Both the position numbers and the translations under genes were made by a program. Source: Ophelia neglecta (taxonomy: Eukaryota). From it: DNA of 64,000 nt. The stretch lies in NCBI GenBank assembly GCA_965285935.1, contig OZ260665.1, forward strand, positions 40,052,001 to 40,116,000. The letters are read 5' to 3'. This document shows positions 28,431 through 38,931 of this stretch, in pieces. Numbering within the stretch: position 1 is the stretch's first letter; the number at the start of each line of letters is the position of its first letter. The notes under the pieces are model-generated. The model ran no database searches. It saw only the letters and a program-made list of their open reading frames with translations, and was not told the origin of the DNA.

Positions 28431-31400
28431 AGCAGATACGGTTTGCTCTATTGAACCGAAGTGTCGTTTACGACGATGGTTCATCCTAATGATATTGAGT
28501 AATGGTAACACTTGGTATGCTCCGTATCTAGTTTGCCGCTCCCTGGGGGGTCTACATTACCACACACATTAGTCATAGATGATGTATTGTCTAACGCAGG
28601 ACACACACTGTACAAACGTCGAAATCTTGATGTTACACAATATCAATCTGGAGCGCCATCGTGTTAAAATGCACCATGAGCTACTGTAACAGTGGTCTAT
28701 TTTTATTGTTATCGTAGAAGGAAAAAATAAAATAGAGAAAGAGAAGTGAGAATCATTTCACCCGGGGCTAGTTTTTTTAGGTGCGGAAATTAAGTAAATC
28801 GAGTTTGTGTCTACCAAATTCCCCATTCCGCACCTGTATCATTAAAATTTCACTAGATGTACACTATAATATATGGGCCTACTCTCTTTTTTCGCTATCT
28901 TAGTAACAAGTTGACGGCCCCTTGGGATATACCCATAGGACTGCTTGAAGAATTTATTGTAAAATGAAGCTCTTCCCGGAGATGAAATAGTCATTGCTTA
29001 CTTGGTGTTGCAAATAAGTGTTACCAAATTGGTTACATTGACTGTCCTCCCTGATCAACTTCCGGGAGCATCTATGTATCTATATCTATATCTGATAGTA
29101 ATGTGTTTTACCGAGTAAGAATCACATTGTTTAATCATTTGCTTTGTAAAGTGATCCTCACCGTTACATACCATTGTCGCCATGCGAATACCGGCTAGGG
29201 TATTGACTTTCAAGGCCTTCGATGTTGTGAATTGGGCCGATGCTTGGTATCAATGGCACATCCGATACCCAACATACCATACGGCTGATGGCCCTTTCGG
29301 CTCAACCGCCATGACTACGACGCTGAAGAATGCCAATTATATTGAAATCTGCGTGCATCAGTTGTTAAAACCAATCTTTTTCCTCATCATGCACTTGGGT
29401 GACTACTGAAGTTCGCATGAGAACTCTTGCAGCTGGAAAAATTTCTCGTCAACAAAATAAACATTACCCATTTAAAGGTGCATGTAACGTTGAAAACCTT
29501 GTTTCAAAAATTGACATCACTGAAAAGGGCACAGAGGTAAAACATTAGTGAGTTAAACAATTAAATTCATTTGGCCATTACTGCATATAATAAAAGAATT
29601 ATGCCTTTTATATTAGGTAAGTGCCTTTGAAAAGCGTCTTTTACATTGTGTATCGAGCATGCCTTCCCTAATTATCGACTGTTTAAGCGCTCTTTCAGTG
29701 CGAGGCTCGATGTCATTTGACCTTGACCTGAGGAGGGTAGGGAGTTATCTCCTACCGGAAGTTGGTAGGAAATACAATCTTGGCGAGCAGCCTTCGGTGT
29801 TTGGGCTCATGACGAGTTATAGTCATTTCTGACATTTACTCCCTGGAGCAGGGCCAATTCTCCGACAGTTATCTCGGCGTTCGGATGCTCATATACTCGC
29901 CTGTAAAGCATGTTGTTGTCTGGGAAGTCCATATCGATTTCTAGAAGGTACAGATCAATAAATCCCATCGGCTCTGACAAGTTGGACAGGCACAAACTTT
30001 TCTTGCAGTGCCTGGGGGCAGAAACAAAGACACTATTCTATTAATTGTAACTCGCCGCCACCATACATTGCCCATAACCCCGTAACGGCCGCCTGGGGCT
30101 GGCGAAAGACAAATGACTCCTAAGTTTACATACAGACAGACGAACCTTATACTCTAGCATCGCTATAAGTAAAACATTCACTAATCAGACCTTGAAAGAC
30201 ACGGTTGGCGTGCATTATATCTTTAAAAGAAGGTGTAGACTGAATACGCTGGAGTAACATTGTAAAAATCTAAATTCGCCTTCGTTATTCCTTATCGTTA
30301 AAGAAATTAAATAAATTTCGTTCGATATGTTTATTTGACGATTAATTAAGTTACGGTAAATTTGTTGATATTGTACTAGGCATGAGAAGCATTGGTAATA
30401 CTATATACGGTTCAATACAATACAATTTGTTTTAATATGCCAAGAAATCAATACAGACTATTGTTAATATATCATCTAAAAGCAAAGTAGTATTCTTGAC
30501 AAAATGGCTGGGCACCAGCCGATGAATATACCCCATCATTATTTTTTCAGTTACATGCTGTAGGGAAATGAAAGATAAAAAATACACTTGAAAAAAATAA
30601 AGAAAGATAGAGAAAAAATAGTAATAAAAAAATATAATAACAATACAATTAAATTGCTCTGTACTGTTTAAGCAGGCTGTGCTAGAATGATGTGTCTTTA
30701 AGCAATATGCGTGTTTAACTATATTTAAAGGAATTCAAGCTGGCATGTCAAATACGATTGAAACAAACAGGCTGGTTAGTTTTTATGCATACACCACTAT
30801 AGCAACTTTGTACTTAAAAATATTAAAAAGATTAAGCAGTTTTAGTTTTTGAAATGTAGGCGCGGTCTTGCTCAATAAATGGTTTTAAGCTTACACATTA
30901 ATTGGGAATGGTTTCCGATTGCATTTCGTTTTAACAGGCACGTCAGGGGACACTGCGGCGGAGTAAAACATTTATGGGGCACACCGCGAATGCTAAGCCC
31001 CAAATCCCCTATAAACTATACTGTTTATATATTTATTGCTCGTTTCCCTCTCTCCTGTCTGTGGTACCTGCCAGAAGACGTATAGCTCATAAAGACATAG
31101 GTCATTGTAGGACTGTCACCTTCACACGCTTTAAGGAAGAATGGCACATTATTTCATCTTTTATGAACCAAATTTTCCAACAAAACACAATTTATATTAG
31201 TATAGGATTTTGTAAATATTATAAGACGACGTGCATATTGCACACTATGGGGAATAATATATAATTTACGGTTCAGTTTTAGTTGAAAAACAGTTCACTT
31301 ATAGTAGATATTGTTCACACTTGTGGGAAATAAGGCGTACTCACACTGGTGTAACTATCTAGAAATTTAATGGCATTAACCTTATCTAGATGGAATGTAT

Positions 31401-34400
31401 GTATATTTTTAAAACAATTTTATTTTCAAGTTACGAACCGTCAATATTACACGGTGAGTGAGACCTTCAAGCAATTATTTCTTATTTATATGTACAACAT
31501 GCACTAAAATAAACAGAAAAGGCTCAACTGTATACATTGATGGTTCTAATTTTTGGTCCTTAACTCCTAAATGAGAAGTGTCCTTCCTCCTTTCAAGGGT
31601 AACAAAACCAATAGCATTTAATCGGCTCTGCGGATAGACATCTGACCACGAGGGACCGTGGGCAGGCTATTTACTCGGACTTTGAATGACTGTCCATGAC
31701 CATACACGGTACGGCCTTGGACCAACACTGCCATAACTCGCCTACTGGCAATGGTAGAATGAGGTGTAATTAAGGCATTCTGGTGGACAAAGCAAGCCAG
31801 TCTTCATTTGCATTGGCTCAAACAGACCGTCTTAAAAAGAGGGATTTCTTCGGCGTTAGAGCAATAGCAGACACAATGTATGTTCGTCATGTTTATGATA
31901 CTGCCATTATTAACAGTACATGCATATGTGTCTTCGTACGTCAACGCAGCCACAGACATCTTGCGCTGGCAGTACTTCTGCCGTGTATTCAACCTGCTAC
32001 ATACTAATATTCACTGGCATGTCACGCAATTTAGGTGTTGGGAGGAGGGCAAGCTGGTATGGCAATCTAATTCGGCGGTCTCCCCATGTCTAGTTAAACA
32101 CGTTAAACATGCCCGTAAAGAGGTGTAAGTGACCGAGGCCGTCCCCGAGGCTCGGCACATCATTAGGTGGAATTGGGTTTAATCTAGTCACCTCGCATGA
32201 CTATCATATCGAATGAAAATGCGAAGCAGACGAGAATTAGTCGTTAATGGTTGAGCAATCTGGCAGGGACAATCAGCAGCCCAGCAAGAATATGATGCAA
32301 AACTCCAAGACAGACCGACCCTCGAAAAGATATAAGTCCGAATAGCTAATATATAAATGGACTATGCAGTTACACTAATTGATAGAACCGCCCTAGAATT
32401 GACCTAGCGTGTTGTTTTCAGGCAATACTGAGATGAGCCTCGTTTTCAGGAGCTAAGGTTATAAGCCTCATTCTCGAGGGCTTGTTCGTCCTTCGTTCGT
32501 CGGCATCAAATTCACCATTGAACAAGGTGATTTTGGACTCTGAATTACTTGGCTTCCTTTAAAAACATACCTATTTATATTTCATTATATTAATAAGAGA
32601 ACCCATGTCGTTTTATTCGTCTGGTTGCACAAACGTTATTTGTTCGAGTTAACTTCGTTCGACTGGAATAATGGACCCATTTTAGGACTGATCAATATTT
32701 TTAATTCAGGCACAGAGCATCGGCTAATTCAATTTTCATTCCTATGTGACTTCATTCAAAATCAAAAGAAATAACTGCATTTGTCGCTCTTTAATACCGA
32801 ATCAGAAAGGATATATGTTATTTTGATGTTGATGTAAATTTGCCTACTCTACCTTTATTAATCAATCGCAGCCAATCGATTGGAGATTAATACTTTCACT
32901 CAATTTGATACCAATAGGCTTACCACCATTTTGACCTCCCCTGGCCAATTTAAGAGCCGAGTTCTTAAGTCCTGCTGGGGAGACAATGATTCTGGGGCCC
33001 TGACGTACCATACAGTTCCAGGTACTGTTTATAATAACACATGGTTCTTTATGACATACATGCAGAAGTAATCTAAGTCGCCAACCAAACTTGAAGAGAA
33101 ATCTGCTTTCCTTCGAGATCCTTAAGGTAGTGACAAGCTAATAGGCACACCCTCGTATGTACGACGCCCCCGACAATAGCCTCAAGTGACATATTGCTGC
33201 AGATTTATGTTGGATTATCATCGATCGGAAATCGACCAGTTATATATAACCAAGTGTTAACGAGATATAAAATATAAATTGATAAACCATATACACTCAG
33301 ATATAAAGTCAGCTTTTATTGTTACTTTTCCACACTGTGTACAGGTGGAAAGCTATTCCTTTATGTTTATACATTTCCAGCTCGAAATGAACACCTCTGT
33401 AATAAACATTAGCATTATTTTACTGTAAATCGCACCACCGATAAGGAGAACATAATTAGCAATCTTGCAGTAGCGAAAAGACTCGCCCTTGACCCCTGTG
33501 ACGCTCTCCATGTATCCCGGGAGCGGCGAACAGGACAACGCCCCTTGTTGGAACCGGGATTTCCCAACGGGGCATTTGCACTAAAAAGTGTGTTGTTATA
33601 TGTTTCCTTACATAACGCTGTTTATATTTTGGGGGTAAGGTGTATTGTATTATCCTGTGCATAGTAAAAATATAATTCATATTCGTAACAGTTTGGTAAA
33701 AGGGTTTGGATCCTTTAAAATGGGTTCGCTTGTTGACAAAATGAGCCGCACAAATTTAATTTCTCATTGCGGTATGAGTCACAAGGGTACGGGCCTTCAA
33801 CCTTAATTCTATGTATCGATCTCGCATTCGTGCCATCTCATCGGAAGTGGACCCGGAACCACAGACGGGTAGGGGCAGACGACACTCAAATAAAAAGCAC
33901 TCAACCCTACACTATCAACGGCGGCATATATATAGGTCTACCATGGGTAATAAGATTATAAAAACGTCTCATAGACCTGCGCAGGACACCTTAAAAATAC
34001 GTTAGGCTTGCACTTCCTTTTGAGAAAAGGAATATCAGGTTAAAAGACAGGTCTACATGGTAAGATTTGGCATTATGTCACTTAATTTAATTATGCGCAG
34101 AAAAAAAGGTTTATTTCGCATAGAAGGTAGGCCTATATAGTGCTTTTCTGCGTACAGCTATAGCAAAGGAAAACGGCGTTTAATTTCGTTCAGTAAGTAG
34201 CTTTACTCCGCCCATGCTATGCTGTACTTCTTAATGCGCTGAATTATAAGGTAAAATAAATGACTCAACTTTAGCATGTCTTAAAGTTATTGTCAAGGTA
34301 ACTTCCGAGGTTTCACACTTCAAATAAGTAATTTTCTCCTTCACATTTACTTTTAAAAAGCTGGCAACTGCCATTCACGGGAACTATCGAGAACCGCATT

Positions 34401-36215
34401 TCTTCCCGTGGATAAGAATGTGGTCATGGACTTATGAAAGCGTCATGGACAAACCCTTCAAATGGCTCATTTATCACACACAAAGCTCCCAATCCTTCCT
34501 CAACAATCGTTAAGCTCCAATATGCACACTTCTGGAGTTTCCTACAGGTTCTTTTTTTACTTTCTGACCGTGGGTAACCTTATCGGTTTTTGCAGTTTTT
34601 CTTTGGGGCCGTGCTTAATTTGCAAATGTGAATGACTTTGACAAAATTGATATGCAATGTATTCACAAAGTAATAGGATTATGTGCATTGCTATACATAA
34701 CAAATACAGCATTATTGCATGCAATAAAGTTAATATCACATGCGTATCTGTTAAATTAAACTATTACTATGTACCCTTTACGAGATACGGGTATACAATA
34801 ATAAAATAGGATAAAATATCCACAAAACATCAGCCAGATGGGCCTGTGGTACATCGGCCACCAACGGCTGCATGTGTCTTTGCGGCGTTTTCTTGCAAGA
34901 GGGACTACCCAATTCAAGAAAGGCCACGAGCTGTATAAAACGCGATAAAACGACCCCGTCCTTGGCTTTGACCACGATAACATTGATTTCATGATGAATG
35001 TTGGTTAAGATAAACGGATTTATATGAGGAAAATCTCAGATATCGTGCAGCATCGTATGGTCTCTCGATGTAAAACTTAGAGAAGCTCGAATGCATGTCC
35101 TCCTTGGATAAAAAGCAGCTGTTTAGTGCCACACACCGACCAAATCAGGTTTTCGTGGACGTGAGTAGTAAAGAGATTTTAGGCGGCCATCAGGACGTCA
35201 CACACCTAATAGCGGAAGTGAAATGATAAAAAAACGTCTCTTTCCTGAAAGAGTTTCGAACATTTTTAGTGATTGGTCCATATTTGTGCTAGACTATACC
35301 ATGTTCTTCTTCTTCCTCTAAAGATCCATGCATAATTTCATCTCCATCAGGCAACATAAATATCTGTTTGGGATTTTTTTGTTTTCTTTTTTTCCGTATT
35401 TATATGCGTTTGACTGTCCTTCGCCTTCCTAGCAACACCGTATTACCTGGCGCTCGTATGACATAAATTATGTTAGGTATTTCAAAACGAGGCGAATACT
35501 GGCTAAGAAGCCACTTCCGGCGCCCTAAACCTCACGTTGCCCTCAATAAACTCATTCACGCATGTTAGTTGTAAAGCTGGGCATGTTTTAGGGTTTTAAT
35601 GTGTCGAACACGCAATAAACCCCAAGAAGTGTGTTAGCAGGAGTGAGATCGGCGTGTTTATAGCTAGCCTAGGATCTGTCTAGAGTCTTACCAGGCTTAA
35701 GTCTTAAGCTTGGCTAGGAGCCGAGGCCATTCTCAATGCGGAGTCTTAATACATTGCTAATAATGTGCGGGCAGTTTTTCTTTTATTTTTATCCATATCC
35801 ATACATTTTATGTAAAAGGGTCCCCATAACGCGAATGCAGTGCTATAGGCCTACAACAGAAAATATGCCTTTTCTTGTCTGTATGTTTCCTGAATTTTAC
35901 CGCCTTCTTCTCCCCATCTCGCATTTCTTTCAATTTCAAGTAATATTGATTTTCTTATGGCAGTTTGTATAACATCTCTGTGTAATTTCTGACAATTTCT
36001 CCCTCAGTCGGCACCCGCTCCTAATGACTTGTTTATTCTTTCACCGACAAAGGCTTCCCCGGCTCCAAACCTTATGTATGCCAATTCATTTCCATTTTGA
36101 TTTATAAAACTTAATGTAAGTTCGTCAACGTTGTGTTGATTTACTTATGAATATTGATATTAAACTTTGAAGATTCCATAGGTAGGTGTTTGGCTACCTA
36201 TGGGATATTCTGCCA

Positions 36216-36229
36216 GTTGCCATAGTAAC
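36216..36229. promoter_or_regulatory. RFX X-box-type motif GTTGCCATAGTAAC
   Basis: Fits GTNRCC-N2-RGYAAC. Motif match only; function untested. Confidence 0.35.
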
Positions 36230-36533
36230 TGAACGTGTTATGCTATTTAGTAAGGCGTCATAAACGACATTGGTAATGAAAGAGTTAATGCATGTTTCGC
36301 ATGAAAAGAAACGCTCAAGCCCTCGATGTTCTTTGTGCAACCGCCGGCAAATTGTACTCCTTACACCGTTTTCTCGGCAGCGCCTTCCCTCTTGTATCCG
36401 ATGACACCTTTTCTCACCATTGTTGAACAACCCTAAAGCTAGTCACTAACTACAGTTATTAAACGGCAGTTTGCCGTTAGCAATAGATCGCAATATCTAG
36501 ATAACTACTGATTAATATTTTTATGTCTTGCAG

Positions 36534-36578
36534 GATGAAAAGAACCAAATTATGAAATCGAATGTGTGGCTGCGAATG
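36534..36578 (+). CDS. nAChRbeta1: nAChR beta1-like exon 3 (45 nt): DEKNQIMKSNVWLRM (loop D)
   Basis: Not in the ORF track; read directly. Acceptor tcttgcag, donor ATG|gtgagt, phase 0/0. Hallmark nAChR motif. Confidence 0.96.
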
Positions 36579-38795
36579 GTGAGTAAAATGTCTGGCTATG
36601 CTTCCGGCCGCCATAATAAACTGTGTGCGGCAGCAATTTTCCATAACTATAGGTCTGAATTTATATGGCGGGCTGTTTAGGCCACAATTTGCAGTATTAG
36701 AGGGTCTTATTATGAAAGATATTTGCCCCGTCCAAGAGTTGTTCTTATTGGTTGGTGGTCTAAGGCAGACTATTTGCTCTATTCTTATTTTCAAAAATTG
36801 ATATGAAAATAAGTAGTCTTCAAGGTGCAAATAATCAGTCAAAATAGGTTGTTCGTCACCAGGCGCCTGCAAGATCACATCTTAAAAGATACGTTTGCCA
36901 GAAGCAAATGACGCGTTTCTTCGTCTGGAATCTCGCGTGATGTGTTGAGAGAAGGTGCAGCCCGGCGCTTATGATAAAGGACATAGCCAGTACAATCAGC
37001 AGACTGCCTACAAAGTCAACCTGCCAATGTACTGGCCTACCCAGCAGTCAGTTTTCTCTACCGTACACTGGCCGAAAACAACAAACATGCATATTACGGC
37101 CTTTTCTTTATTATAACACGTCCATGCGTTTGTATTCTCTCAGGTGGGCTTGTCATAGTGTGGATATTTTTCCCCGCCTGTACTTTCTATATCCACAGTT
37201 GCCACTGTCGTCGAAAGCAGATCTTAGCATTGTAAAGCAAGCGATGAATATCTGCGTAGTATATTTTGTTGCTAGAACATGTACAAACATGTTAGCTTCT
37301 TGCCTTATAATTAACCCATTTTGCAACGTCAACTAAAGTATATAGACATTGAACGCAAAGTGAGATGCGATCTTCATTCGTCATTGTTGACTTCTCGGTG
37401 TAAAAGTTTTAGTAGCTTCCAGGCTAAAAGCACTTCCCTTCCCCCTCCCCATCCTCCCTCGGGCTACATTTACTAACCCTCATACCAACCCAAGAGTACC
37501 TCGATCTTATAAAGCGAGTATTTTAAGTCTGTCCGTCTAGAAATCCTAAAGTACATACATATCAAGCATACGTTGGCAAGATAAACGCATGCCATTTTTT
37601 AATCTCCCAAAAGAACTTGCACCCACGTTTCCCGGAATTCAGAAAAGATATTCATTTTGTCCAAAAAAGAGACAAACATTCCTATAAAGTACACTGTAGC
37701 ACCTAAGGTAGAACCTTGATATTGTATGTAGGCCTACCTCTGTTTTTCCCCTTGCCTTGTGCGGTAATGCAGACGTATGTGGCTTGTAAACAAGATGGAG
37801 AGGCATACGAACCGGAAGTGATGCATTGGTCGTTACAGTAGCTATTCTTGTATACGAGCCCCGAAGGGCAGGGTGAGGGGCCTTAAATCTCACCAGCTAC
37901 CTCGCTACAACCTACGGTAGCAAAATAAAGAAATCAAGTTCCAGTCTAGGAAACAGTTTATGATCTAAAAGATACAAGTTTAAGTAGTATTTTGTAACAA
38001 TCTACGAGAAATTGCCTTTTCCTTATATCGATTTTGTCGTTTGATGCTGTTGCCGGCATACCCAGTGAGCATGGTAAGGCTTTCCGCCCGGAGATCGGGG
38101 ATTACCCATGTCCCCTCCGCGGAGTATATCAACGAGGATTTGGTGTACTATAGGCCCTCAACACAACAGATACCCACGTCTCATGTTCATTTCAAAATTA
38201 AAAAAAAAGGTGCCCTTTCTCGTGTAAAGCCTATTGCCTAATCGGCATAATTGGTTACTTATTTTGTCCATCCCTCAGTCGACGAACAACCTCCCCGATT
38301 TATAGATTAATGCTTTGAAATGTTCAGTTGATGTTTGTCGGATACCATGGCGAAAATATCACCGATCCGATAGGGAAATGTTCCCGGATAAGGCAATCTA
38401 ATGGTTTTTGCTTCGAACCAGGCCAGCCCCAATGAATATCATTGATCAAATAAATAATGTGTGGCGGCTCAATGCTTTAGAACTAATCAAGGGCATAATT
38501 AGATGAGAAGTCAACAGCATTGCACGGGGGCGCCATATCAAGGCTGTTCGCTCAAGCAACAGCAGTAATATCGACGCTTTCAAAGTGGTTAGCAAGGACC
38601 TAAGGGGCAAGGCCGCAGTCAGCAACAAACGTGGATATTATTTGAACAGTGAAATAACCTTCAAGTTATTTCAAGATTGTGAAATGTTTGCTTTTCTTCT
38701 CTTCCAATAAAATTGATAGAATTTTCTGCCTTAATACCTTTTGATATTTACTCATATAAGGACTCATTATAATTGTATATGAAAATGTTAATTGA

Positions 38796-38931
38796 NNNNN
38801 NNNNNNNNNNNNNNNNNNNNNNNNNNNNNNNNNNNNNNNNNNNNNNNNNNNNNNNNNNNNNNNNNNNNNNNNNNNNNNNNNNNNNNNNNNNNNNNNNNNN
38901 NNNNNNNNNNNNNNNNNNNNNNNNNNNNNNN
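38796..38931. other. Assembly gap (136 N) in intron 3
   Basis: Run of N. Confidence 0.99.

Noticed and set aside
26962-33212. Shared 14-mer GCAGATTTATGTTG (26962-75 minus, 33199-212 plus); also a 16-mer shared near 31569 and 43958
   Set aside because: Matches of this length are expected by chance in 64 kb of AT-rich DNA.
38011-38397. Possible MITE bounded by ATTGCCTTTTCC / GGATAAGGCAAT with internal ATCGG/CCGAT motifs
   Set aside because: Only a 12-bp imperfect inverted repeat, with no evident target-site duplication or second copy.
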